Translations under genes and position numbers: made by a program | Shown here: in pieces, positions 13,038 through 24,299 of the stretch | Position numbering within the stretch: position 1 is the first letter of the stretch | Layout: each line of letters begins with the position of its first letter | DNA from: Eledone cirrhosa | Taxonomy: Eukaryota | Reading direction: 5' to 3' | Assembly: GCA_964016885.1 (NCBI GenBank) | Contig: OZ024743.1 | Location: forward strand, 98,394,001-98,458,000 | Length of the DNA stretch: 64,000 nt | The notes under the pieces: generated by a model | What the model was told of the DNA's origin: nothing | What the model saw: the letters and a program-made list of their open reading frames with translations, nothing else | Databases searched by the model: none

Positions 13038-14178
13038 CTACAACAAAAATCATCAGCAACATACTTGATGTATAATATATTAATGTATAATATTTATATT
13101 AAACATTTTTAAAAGCTGAATACAAATGAGAATTTTCCTTATTTATTTATAAAGGAAAATACAGTTGATGGATATACAGAAGAGCTTTTAAACATATTTA
13201 AATCACATCAGAGAACGTAGATTTTATGATGTCATAGACCTAGAAATAAAATGAGATGGAGTAGTTAAATCCCTGCTTGCCATATCTCTTGGCATCAACA
13301 AAATTGAAAAATAAATGTTACCTTCCCTGGGATGAATCATTATTTGAATATGTCCTTGAAACAAAACCACCAGTCTATTTGTCAGTCCCAAGTTATTTTA
13401 AGTAGCTCCTATTGAATAGGATCTCCATTTTCTTATGTTTTGCTAATGCTACAAGGACAGGAAATGACAATACAATGCCAGTGGTAGGATATTAACCCCT
13501 CCTTATCAGTGAAGAGACCAACAGCTTGTACACAGTCATAGCAATCCTTCACCTTTGGCAATGTTCTTTAAAGTTACTATGCTTAGTTTTTATAGTCATG
13601 TTTCTTCTTCAGTCAAACAAAGAAATTTTAAGCATAGTTAGTTTATCTCAAAATGAAAGCTTGTAGAAGGAAATGCAAACTTGATATGCAAGACAAAATG
13701 ATAAGATATTGTAAAAGCAACTTTTCTTAAATAAATGCTAATTATGATAAAAGGTTTATAGCTGTCTCTAAAAAGTAAGGTATAACATTTCTTATAATGA
13801 TATATTATATTTAAGTATTCTATTTTACACACAAGTTACTACCATTGCTAATTTATTAGGTTACTAATGGTTAGTTGGTTTGGATCAGGTCCTTTGCCAA
13901 GAAGAAGGAGGGGCACTGGATGGTACTCCTTCCTTCACGTCTACCACCAACAGACTTAGAAAACTTTACAGTGGTATGCTTAATCTGAAACTCTGCCTTA
14001 GAAATTACTGTGAATTAAAGTACCCACCTACAAAGTTCTGAAGCCCTCCTCAGCACCATAGCCTGGCAGTGGACCTGATTTGGATAGCAAGGCAATAATA
14101 TGAAATACAAGTGATAAAAAATAGATGAAAGGCACAGCTTAATACAGTACAAACAATAAAAATTTAAATAATTCTTAC

Positions 14179-14235
14179 CCAAACAGCCACATTGTAGGGA
14201 CCCCAGTGTTTCATAAAAAAGGCAGCTCCAATAGT
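14179..14235 (-). CDS. Rab20: Rab20-like GTPase internal exon (switch I)
   Basis: tatatAG acceptor and GTAAGA donor; 57 nt encoding TIGAAFFMKHWGPYNVAVW. Joins in phase 0 to give WDTAG. The short K-x-W-x-x-YN segment is typical of Rab20. Confidence 0.9.
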
Positions 14236-14276
14236 CTATATAAAGATAAAAATTGTACATAAAAAAAATATACTCA

Positions 14277-14323
14277 TACTAACCCATGCTAGCGTGGAAG
14301 ATTGATGTTAAACGATGATGATG
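14277..14323 (+). mobile_element. Extremely 5'-truncated RTE tail with target-site duplication
   Basis: aacccatgctagcgtggaag..gttaaacgatgatgatg flanked by ATACTCA direct repeats (14270-14276 and 14324-14330). Confidence 0.75.
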
Positions 14324-14335
14324 ATACTCAAGATT

Positions 14336-14448
14336 TAGAACTTAGTAGTAGTATTAATATATATCTACTATATATTAGAACTTAATAGTATTAATATATA
14401 TCTACTATATATTAGAACTTAATAGTATTAATATATATCTACTATATA
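14336..14448. repeat. ~35-bp minisatellite, 3 copies
   Basis: tagaacttaatagtattaatatatatctactatatat repeated. Confidence 0.85.
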
Positions 14449-15077
14449 GTTGAATGTGTGTGTATGTTTGTATGTATATATATATATATATATGTATGTC
14501 ACTGAAAGTCTCCAAAATGATGATTCCTAGAGAAAAGAGAATTTGATTTTCGAAATCTGCATCTCAAAGGTTTTGAGGCACATAGAGATTCATAATTCCA
14601 AAAAGAATAAAAGAAAAACAAAAAAAAAAAGAAAATAGTAATTCTATCAGTCACTGTTACTGTGATAATTTAAAGTCTGGTATTTATTGATCGCCTCATG
14701 TATTGTTTCAATGTGACCTTTTTATTCCATACAACCATGCAGTAAGCAGGGGCAGAAGTCACCTGATGTTTATGGGAAGATGCTCACACTAAAGTACACA
14801 GCAAGCCATTGATACAACTTCAACATACAGCTCTGCTGAGTAAATTTCCATAGAATGGTTTCTTGGAAACAATTGACGAATCACGGGAACAGGCCACAGG
14901 GAATATGTAATGGGAGATGGGGCACGGTAGAGACAGGGTCTGACATAGTATTAAAAAAATTGAAAGAAAGACATCGTATGTTGAAAATTGTCCAGCAACA
15001 ACAGGCTACTCTGCTAGTATATATATATATATATATATATACTGGGCATATGTGTGTGTGTGTGTGTTGATATATAT

Positions 15078-15345
15078 GTGAAGGCATGCAACTTAAAGGT
15101 TAAAGCATTAGGCTCACAATTGTGAGGTTGTGAGTTCAATTCCCAGAAAGGGTAGTACACTGTTTCCTAAGAAAGATACTTTATTTCACATTGCTCCAGT
15201 CCACACTGCTGGAAAGTTGACTTGCCTATCTCTTGAACAACATCAATTAGCGACAGCTGGTCTTCCACAGAAACACCTGACCCAGCCTTATGCCTTGGAA
15301 GAGAACTTGCAAACCCATGCTCTTTCATGTCTGAAGGAAGCCTAC
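15078..15345 (+). mobile_element. Degenerate tRNA-derived SINE
   Basis: Decayed A box, B box gagttcaattcc, body actttatttcacattgctccagtccac resembling Octopus SINEs; between TA/TG repeats. Confidence 0.6.
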
Positions 15346-15387
<42 letters not shown>

Positions 15388-15388
<1 letters not shown>

Positions 15389-15725
15389 GTTAGTGCGCAG
15401 GAAAGTCGAGGCAATGTATGAACTGAGAGAAAAGTTGGGTATAAGAAATATGAAATGTGTGCAAGAGAAAAGACAAAACTGCACTGGTGTAGTCATGTGA
15501 TACATATGGATAAACAGGGGGTGGAGAAGTACCAGGAGATGCCAATAGCAGGAAGCTGCTGCAAAGATGATTACAGCTGATCTCAAAATGCTGAACAAGC
15601 TGCAGTAGAAAAAGATCTGGGCAGAAATGGTAAGAGATGACAAAAAAACAAGTGGAGGGATGGAGTACTGGAAGAAGCCCACCCAACCCACGCAAGCATG
15701 GAAAACCATGACTGATGATAATATC
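15388..15725 (+). mobile_element. Old RTE 3' fragment
   Basis: Decayed NELREKLGIR / LHWCSHV region and ccaacccacgcaagcatggaaaa..tgatga terminus. Confidence 0.7.
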
Positions 15726-15869
15726 ATCATAAAACAATCAACTTTCTCATTATTAAGCTAATGTTTGGAACATTACTTTAAAGGTTTTTTTTAATAAAAT
15801 TATCACAGAAGGTTTTTAATATAAGTATAAACATCTTAAAGTGGGTTTTTGTATCATGAAGCCTGGAAG

Positions 15870-16160
15870 GTTTCAGGCAGCTTGGTATCAAAATGGCTGA
15901 GTTATGCTCTTAACCTTCAGAAGGCTGAATTTGTTTTATGAATTGCTTCCCTTGACACAGTATTATGTATTCAGGGGAGATTACTCTATCAGTGTCGACA
16001 GGGTTAACATCAGCTTAATAGTTTCTAATTTAAGCACAGGGCCAGCAATTTTTTTTAAGAGTTTTGTTTGGAGAGGGGGGGGGGGGGGTAACAAAATCAA
16101 CCCCAGCTTGACTGCTACTTTATTTTATAGGTCCAGGAAGGATGTACAGCAAAGTTGAAT
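15870..16160 (-). mobile_element. Degenerate Octopus-type SINE fragment
   Basis: gcacagggccagcaatttt..ggggg..aatcaaccccag..tactttattttatagg..ggatg..gcaaagttga blocks; recognised from memory. Confidence 0.5.
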
Positions 16161-16905
16161 TCACAAAAGAGAGCCATAAGAAAACACCAGCTTAATGAAA
16201 ATATTTACTAAATCTCTCCATATTTTTAATTGATATATAAATCAATTTAAACATAGTAAAATTCTGAAACTCACCATCTAAGAAATGTTCTAACTACTTT
16301 CTTATTAACCTAATGTTTTATTTTAAAGTAATTAAGTATTCCTCTCCATATTTCTAGTTTTGTTATGTCCAGTCTCAGCTGAGAAATGTGTGTGTTAGTG
16401 GATGGATGGAGGAACGGACACACACACACACAATTACAACAGTGACATAAACAGGTGCTTAAGTTTTGTTGGGTTCTGTCATATGGACTGAGTGCTCTTA
16501 CCCTTGGATATTTCTACCAAACTTTTACTACAGTATATATATATATATATATGTTGGGATTCAACAAGCTTAAACATTTTTATAACTGATATAAAGCATT
16601 CAACAAATAAGTGGAGTAAATACACAATACATTAATAAATGAAAATTATATTTATAAAACCATATTTATTTTATTATATATATTTCAAGGGCAACCAAGG
16701 CAAATTATGGTGCGCTTTCCTCAGATAAAATACAGATTTGTTTTATAAATAAATATTGACATACCCGAAAAAAGACAAGGTTGTATATATACACACACAC
16801 ACACACGTGCGCGCGTGTATATATATATTATATAAATGAAAAGTATAGAAATTGTTGTAGCGAGAAGCTAACAGTATTCCATAATATATATATATTATAT
16901 ATATA

Positions 16906-17899
16906 TTAAGACTGGCTGTCCATGGGAACTTCTCTATGCTGACGATCTGGTTCTTATAGCAGAATCAGTAGAGGAGCTAGAGAATAAATTCTGGCTATGG
17001 AAACAGCAGTTGGAAGCAAGAGGACAGAGTGAATCTAGCTAAGACAAAAGTGTTGATGAGTAGAAAAGAGGACAAAACCCTGATTCCGTCAGGGAAATGG
17101 CCATGTTCGATATGCAAAAGAGGAACTGGCATAAATTCTATAAAATGCACACAATGCAGATCCTGGGTACACAAGAGATGTAGCGGGATAGCAGGCAAAC
17201 TAACAGGTAGGGAGAAATATGTATGCAGCAGATGTACAGGGAAATGAGACAGTAGAAGTCGCATTGATACACACATTTTTCAAATGCAGGAGGGCGCTAT
17301 AGAAGTGGTGGATAGCTTCCGGTACCTAGGAGATCAGATTAGCATGGGAGGAGGGTGTTCCGAGGCCATAGTATCTAGAATAAGGACGGGTTGGAAGAAG
17401 TTTAGGGAGCTGCTTCCTCTGTTGATGAAGGGTTTCTCCCTGTGTACAAAAGGCCGGTTGTATGATGCCTGTGTGAGGAGCGCGATGCTGCATGGTAGTG
17501 AGACATGGGCAACAACTGCAGAGGATATGCGACGGCTGGAGAGAAATGAGGCAAGCATGCTCCGTTGGATGTGCAGTGTAAATGTGCGTGAACGACCCAG
17601 CATAAATGTGTTGAGAGAGAAACTGTGTAGAGAGGGATAGAATGTAGCGTACGGGAGAGGAGACTGAGGTGGTATGGACATGTGATGCGCATGGAGGATG
17701 ATCGATGGGTGAAGAAGTGCCAGGAATTGCCAGTTGAAGGAAGACGTGGTAGAGGTAGACCAAGAAAAACATGGGCGGAAGTGGTGAGAACAGACCTCAG
17801 ATCATTGAAGCTCACGGGAGAGATGACGAGGGACCGTGACAAGTGGAGAGATGCTGTGCTGAATAAGACCCGTCCCACCCCCTTGCAAGCAGGGAAAAG
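16906..17899 (+). mobile_element. RTE family B, 3' segment (inverted relative to its 5' segment), lacks tail
   Basis: [14 protein letters not shown]-like [32 protein letters not shown]; frameshifted; ends at gggaaaagc. Confidence 0.92.
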
Positions 17900-19631
17900 C
17901 TAGGTTCACTCTCAGTCCTCTTGCTTCCAACTGCTGTTTCCATAGCCAGAATTTATTCTCTAGCTCCTCTACTGATTCTGCTATAAGAACCAGATCATCA
18001 GCGTAGAGAAGTTCCCATGGACAGCCAGTCTTAAACTCCTCTGTTATGGCTTGGAGAACTATAATGAACAAGAGCGGGCTGAGGACCGAACCCTGATGTA
18101 CTCCTACTTGTATCTGGAATTCCTCACTAAACTCCATTCCTACCCTGACTTTACTGAGAGTACCTCTGTACAAAGTTTGCACTGTCCTCACAAGCCATTC
18201 CTCAACACCTAGCTTCCTTAGGGACCACCAGATGACAGATCGGGGTACCCTATCAAAGGCCTTCTCTAGGTCAACAAAGGCTAAGTATAGTGGCTTATTC
18301 TTCTCTAAGAACCTCTCTTGCAATTGTCTCACCAAGAAGAGGGCATCTGTTGTACTCTTCCCAGGCACAAAACCAAACTGCATCTCATCTAGTTTGACCC
18401 TTTCTCTAATTAGTTGTGCTAAAATCCTTTCTGCCACTTTCATAACCTGATCTATCAGTTTTATACGCCTATAATTGCTCCTCTCCAGAGCATCCCCTTT
18501 ACCTTTGTAGCAATTTATGAGAATACTGCTGCACCAGTCTTTGGGTATGACACCACCATATATAGCCTGATTGATGATGCGTGCAACCAGTTTAGTGCCT
18601 ACGTCCCCTGATGCCTTCAGCATCTCAGCAACTATTCCCGATGGTCCAGCAGCCTTACCATTTTTCATTTCCCTAATCGCCTCTTGGACCCTATATTCGT
18701 CAATCTCAATAGCTGGTCCCTCTGTCGGATCTACCAAGGCTAATTTCTCTCTCTCCCATTTGTTCTCCACATTCATCAGTCTCTCATAATGACATTTTCA
18801 GGCCTCCTTTTTCTGATCATTCGTGACACTAAGTACACTGGCATCATCCCGGACACATTTATCTCCAACAACATCCCGATTTGCATTGACACACTGATTG
18901 CAATGTGGAACACCGCACGCCTCTGATCTTCCCGTCGCAGAACATTGGCAAACCTCCTACTCTCTGCCTCCCTGCGTGCCAAGTACACCCGACGTCTAGC
19001 TTCTCTCTTAGTGGCTGTATATTCTTCCCTACTCCCACCCTTTTTCCAAGCCTTCCATGCTAGTCTTTTGTCTCTAATAGCCGTATCTACTGTGCTGTTC
19101 CAGCACCAGGTCACTCTCCGTCTCGTTGGAGCTCTGCTCCAGCCACAAGTTTCATCAGTAGCCTGCAGCAAGTTGTCACGTAAGAAGTTCCAGTTATCTA
19201 TGTCATACGTCTCTAAATCGTCTTTTTCGTCATCTACATCTTGAAGGGCTTTCCTAAATTTGTATTTTAGTGAAAGGTCTTTTAGCTTCCAGACCTTTCT
19301 TCTCCACACCTTCCTATATGTCTCATTCCATCTCTCGCTTACTGAGATATCACTAACAACTAACCTATGCTGTGGGGTACATTCTTCCCCAGGGCATGCC
19401 TTGGTATTAGACACTATCTGCCTGTCCTGCTGCCTAACTAGTAAGAAGTCAATCTGGCTTATGTGCTCACCAGATTTGTAGGTTATTAGGTGATTGGCAG
19501 GTTTCTGGAAGTTTGTGTTGCAAATAGTCAATGTACCTGCATCACAAAATTAAAGAAGTCTCACTCCATTTTTTGAACCGTAACCGTGCCCACCATGTAC
19601 CCCAGTGTAAAAATCCTGGAGCTGTCCAACA
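17900..19631 (-). mobile_element. RTE family B, 5'-truncated segment (APE C-terminus to RT YADD)
   Basis: ORFs 18776-19531 and 17802-18776; the last ~130 bp are an inverted copy of 16906-17040. Confidence 0.92.
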
Positions 19632-19664
19632 AATATATATATATATAAATATATATATAAATAA

Positions 19665-19727
<63 letters not shown>

Positions 19728-19741
19728 AATATATATATATA

Positions 19742-19805
<64 letters not shown>

Positions 19806-19819
19806 AATATATATATATA

Positions 19820-19851
<32 letters not shown>

Positions 19852-20194
19852 AATATATATATATAAATATATATATATAAATATATATATATAAATATAT
19901 ATATATAAATATATATATATAAATATATATATATAAATATATATATATAAATATATATATATAAATATATATATATAAATATATATATATAAATATATAT
20001 ATATAAATATATATATATAAATATATATATATAAATATATATATATAAATATATATATAAATATATATATAAATATATATATATAAATATATATATAAAT
20101 ATATATATAAATATATATATATAAATATATAAATATATAAATATATAAATATATATATATAAATATATATATAAATATATAAATATATATATAA

Positions 20195-20229
<35 letters not shown>

Positions 20230-20250
20230 AATATATAAATATATATATAA

Positions 20251-20285
<35 letters not shown>

Positions 20286-20324
20286 AATATATATATAAAT
20301 ATATATATATAAATATATATATAA

Positions 20325-20357
<33 letters not shown>

Positions 20358-20430
20358 AATATATATATATTTATATATATATATATATATATAAATATAT
20401 TTATATATATATATATTTATATATATATAT
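19632..20430. repeat. (TA)n/(TAAA) composite tract
   Basis: Directly visible. Confidence 0.97.
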
Positions 20431-20925
20431 CATCATCATCATCATCATCAGGTTTAGCGTCCATGTTCCACGCTTGCATGGGTTTGGACGGGGGTTTTCC
20501 CACTTGAGGCAAGAGTGGTTGTCTTGCTCGCATAGGACTGTCTGGCGGGTTTTCTACAGTTGGATGCCCTTCCTAACACCAACCACATTTACAGTGTGGG
20601 GCTGGGAGGTTTTTACCGTGTTGCCTACACGGCCACATTACAGCGTGGACTGTCTGGCGGGTTTTCTACAGCTGGATGCCCTTCCTAACACCAACCACAT
20701 TTACAGTGTGGGGCTGGGAGGTTTTTACCGTGTTGCCTACACGGCCACATTTACAGCGTGGACTGTGTGTTTTTTGTCGTGACACCTACACGATCTCATT
20801 TGTTTCGGCCTGGATGTTGTGGGACCAACATAACTTTACATTGAAAGGGGCGGTGTGGAGGTGGTGGGACGGGGGTGTGTTTTGATAGAGGTGCCTACTG
20901 ACTGTAGTAGGTTTTTACTTTGTAT

Positions 20926-23900
20926 TTAGGTAAGGCGGGTCTTCTCTATTACTGAGTACCGCCAAAGGTCTCGGTCCAGTGACATTGTCTTGGAGAGGTG
21001 TAAGCGTGTGAGGTCGGAATTTATCAGCTCGTCCCATGTTTTTCTGGGTCTGCCTACTCCGTGGCTACCGTCTATCTTTATTGCCCTGCACTTTGTTATA
21101 CAGCTGTCGTCTTTCATGCGCATCACGTGACCGTACCAACGTAGCCTTCTCTCGAGTAAACAACATCTGATCCCTCTTATTTCTAATTTTTTTCTTAGTT
21201 CGTTTATGCTTTGCCGTTCACGTATATTACTATTGCACATCCAGCGGAGCATGCAAGCTTCGTTCCTCTCTAGTCTGCGTATATCCTCTGCACACAATGC
21301 CCAGGTCTCACTGCCATGCAGCATTGCTGTTCGTATGCAGGCATCGTATAACCTGCCTTTCATTTTTAGGGAGAACCCTCTAGCGGCTAATAGTGGTATA
21401 AGCTCTCTGAACTTTTTCCATCCAGTTCTGACTCTAGCTACTGTACTTTCAGAGCACCCTCCCCCACTGCTGATTTTGTCACCCAGATAACGGAAGCTGT
21501 CCACTATTTCTATAGAACCCTCTGCGCAGTTGAAGGAGCTAGTATTTTGTGGGCACTTGCTGCTACTTATTGCACCAGAGCACCGGCCACATGTAAAATC
21601 TATGTTCTTAGTTAGCTTACCTGTGATCCCACTACATCTTTTATGCACCCATACTTTGCATTTGGGACATAAAATGGAGTTTCTACCTACGCCTTTCCTA
21701 CACACTGAGCATGGCCATTTCCCCGATGGGACCGCCGCCTTATTTTCTTTCCTACAAACTAGAACTTTAGTCTTAGCCAGGTTAATTTTAAGGCCTTTTG
21801 ATTCTAGGCCGTGCTTCCACGTTTGGAATTTCTTCTCTAGTTCGGTCATTGATTCAGCTATGAGCGTTAGATCATCTGCGTATAGGAGTTCCCATGGGCA
21901 GCCGGTCTTGAACTCCTCTGTTATAGCCTGAAGGGCAATAATAAATAGTAGGGGGCTAAGTACAGAGCCCTGATGGACACCAACTTTTACGCTAAACTCT
22001 TCACTATATTCGTTGTTAATTCTAACCTTACTGACTGTTTCTTTATACATGGCTTGTATAGCTCTCACAAGCCATTCGTCAACACCTAGTTTTCTAAGAG
22101 ACCACCAGATAATGGAACGGGGGACTCTGTCGAAGGCTTTCTCCAAGTCGACAAAAGCTAAGTATAGGGGTTTACTTTTAGCTAGGTACTTCTCCTGTAG
22201 TTGTCGTACAATGAAAAGAGCGTCTGTGGTACTTTTGCCTGACACAAACCCGAACTGCATTTCATCTAGATCAATTCTCTCTCTGATTAGTTGCGCTATT
22301 ACTTTTTCCGTGACCTTCATGACCTGGTCGATTAATTTAATGCCTCTATAGTTACTCCTATCTAGGGCATCTCCTTTTCCCTTATAGCAGTTAACGATGA
22401 TGCTGCTACGCCATTCCTTCGGAACAACCCCATTCTGTACGACTTGGTTAACTATCCGGGTGACCATGGTGTGTCCCACCGAACCAGATGCCTTCAGCAT
22501 CTCAGCAACTATTTCCGAAGGCCCAGCCGCCTTACCCGTCTTCATATCTTTGATTGCCTTACTTATTATACTACCTTCAACTAACACTGCTGGTCCCTCT
22601 ATTGGATCGATCTGGGGGAGACTGTCTTTCTCCCATTTGTTCTCCTCATTTAGAAGCCTTTCGTAGTGACACTTCCAAGCTACCTTCTTATCAGCGTCGG
22701 TGATGGCAAGTATGCCATCATCGTTAAGTACACACTTCTCCCCGACAATATCACGGTTTTCCTTGACACATTGCCTGGCAATCCTGAACACCTCACGTTT
22801 TTGGTCCTCACGTTGTAGAACATGCTTGAACTTTCTTTCCTCTGCTTCCCTTCTTGCAAAGTACACTTGTCTCCTAGCTTCCCTCCTGGCCACTTGATAG
22901 TCTTCTCTACTTCCCCCATCCCGCCATACTTTCCAAGCCTGCTTTTTGGCCTTAATTGACTCCTCCACCTTACTGTTCCACCACCATGTTACTCTCCTCC
23001 TACCTACAGGCCTGCTCCAGCCACAGACTTCGTCTGCCGCCGTCAGCAGGTTTGCTCTCAGGAATTCCCACTGTTCCTCTATATTATACGACTCTAATTG
23101 CTCTTCCTTACTGTCGAAAGCGTCAAGTAATTTGCTTTGAAATTTATTTCTGGCTATGGGGTCCTTTAGCTTCCATATTTTTCTCCTGAGGATAGTCCTC
23201 TTTCGCTGTCTAGTACGTCTCGTCCTGACTATGAGGTCGCTAATTATCAGTCTATGTTGGGAGGTGAATTCTTCATGGGGGTGGGATTTAGTGTTAACAA
23301 CAGACACTCTGTCACGTCTTCTGGTAAGGATATAATCTACCTGGCTTGTGTGTTCCCCCGATCTATAGGTGATCAAGTGATTGTCTCGTTTTTTGAAGTT
23401 AGTGTTACAGATAGTTAAGTTATTTGCGTCGCAGAATTCCAGGATTCTGGAGCCTTCCTCATTTCTAGTACCGAACCCATAGCCTCCATGGATTCCGTCA
23501 TAGCCGTCACAATGTTGTCCAACGTGACCATTTAGGTCGCCTGCAATAACTATATAGTCACTGTCGGTTATTTGGGAGGTAGCGAGCATCAGTGTCTCGT
23601 AGAATCTGTCTTTCATAGCGCAGGGCAGTCCGGATTGGGGTGCGTACGCAGATATTACTGTCACCGTAGTTTTATTGAGGACAAGTCTTATTTTAATTAT
23701 TCTGTCGTTCACTCTATTTACGTCTATTATCTTATCTGCCCACTTTTCTGCTACCATGATTCCTACCCCACCCAACCCATTGTCATTTCCCACCCAGAAA
23801 AGCTTATAGCATCGCTCTTTACCCACGATGAATCTAGCCGACCCTCCCCTCCACCTGGTCTCTTGAATACAACAAACATCGACCTCCTTACGTTCAAGCA

Positions 23901-24168
23901 TTTCTACAACCTCGTTAGAGCGACCCTTTAAGGTGCCTACATTCATGGTACCGACTCTGAAGTTTTGGATTGCGTTTGGAGGGTGGGAGCGGTGGGGCGC
24001 GGGGGGGGGGGTTATGTTAGCCATCCTGGGCCGAAACAAGGAGGAGTGCTTGCATTCTCGTCCACGAGGTGAATTTGGCTTTATCTTTGGCATTGTCGCT
24101 GAGCGTCCACATTTTTCTCTCTTCAACTCTCCAGAATTCCGTAGTCCATCCATCATATCGAAAAGCAA
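20926..24168 (-). CDS. RTE ORF: APE endonuclease + reverse transcriptase with inserted C4HC3 PHD-type finger
   Basis: 1080 codons open. GTMNVGTL, IQETRW, SAYAP, AGDLNGH, QVDYIL, SQHRL (APE); [37 protein letters not shown] (RT). Likely start is the conserved ATG (MPKIK) at 24093. Confidence 0.96.
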   Translation of the reverse strand: MLFDMMDGLRNSGELKREKCGRSATMPKIKPNSPRGRECKHSSLFRPRMANITPPPAPHRSHPPNAIQNFRVGTMNVGTLKGRSNEVVEMLERKEVDVCCIQETRWRGGSARFIVGKERCYKLFWVGNDNGLGGVGIMVAEKWADKIIDVNRVNDRIIKIRLVLNKTTVTVISAYAPQSGLPCAMKDRFYETLMLATSQITDSDYIVIAGDLNGHVGQHCDGYDGIHGGYGFGTRNEEGSRILEFCDANNLTICNTNFKKRDNHLITYRSGEHTSQVDYILTRRRDRVSVVNTKSHPHEEFTSQHRLIISDLIVRTRRTRQRKRTILRRKIWKLKDPIARNKFQSKLLDAFDSKEEQLESYNIEEQWEFLRANLLTAADEVCGWSRPVGRRRVTWWWNSKVEESIKAKKQAWKVWRDGGSREDYQVARREARRQVYFARREAEERKFKHVLQREDQKREVFRIARQCVKENRDIVGEKCVLNDDGILAITDADKKVAWKCHYERLLNEENKWEKDSLPQIDPIEGPAVLVEGSIISKAIKDMKTGKAAGPSEIVAEMLKASGSVGHTMVTRIVNQVVQNGVVPKEWRSSIIVNCYKGKGDALDRSNYRGIKLIDQVMKVTEKVIAQLIRERIDLDEMQFGFVSGKSTTDALFIVRQLQEKYLAKSKPLYLAFVDLEKAFDRVPRSIIWWSLRKLGVDEWLVRAIQAMYKETVSKVRINNEYSEEFSVKVGVHQGSVLSPLLFIIALQAITEEFKTGCPWELLYADDLTLIAESMTELEKKFQTWKHGLESKGLKINLAKTKVLVCRKENKAAVPSGKWPCSVCRKGVGRNSILCPKCKVWVHKRCSGITGKLTKNIDFTCGRCSGAISSSKCPQNTSSFNCAEGSIEIVDSFRYLGDKISSGGGCSESTVARVRTGWKKFRELIPLLAARGFSLKMKGRLYDACIRTAMLHGSETWALCAEDIRRLERNEACMLRWMCNSNIRERQSINELRKKLEIRGIRCCLLERRLRWYGHVMRMKDDSCITKCRAIKIDGSHGVGRPRKTWDELINSDLTRLHLSKTMSLDRDLWRYSVIEKTRLT

Positions 24169-24194
24169 CCAGTTAAGCGATAGTATGGGCCTCT

Positions 24195-24245
24195 GACTTA
24201 TGATTGGTCCACGTAATAATGGTGGTGCGTGGGGGCGGGAGGGAG
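24195..24245 (-). promoter_or_regulatory. Putative internal promoter motifs of the RTE (GC box + CCAAT box)
   Basis: Minus strand cctcccgcccccacgc...ggaCCAATca; the CCAAT block is conserved (and duplicated) in the copy at 46559. Confidence 0.35.
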
Positions 24246-24299
24246 GGATGATGGGTTGTTAGCGAGAATGTAAGGTTTAAGATAAGATCGCCGTATTTT

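Noticed and set aside
14495-14570. Candidate missing Rab exon 1 (an IIIL-like stretch after an AG)
   Set aside because: No GxxxxGK[ST] in any frame.
21206-23931. Recurrent antisense ORFs in RTE copies
   Set aside because: Short shadows of the RT/APE frame; they recur only because the copies are near-identical.
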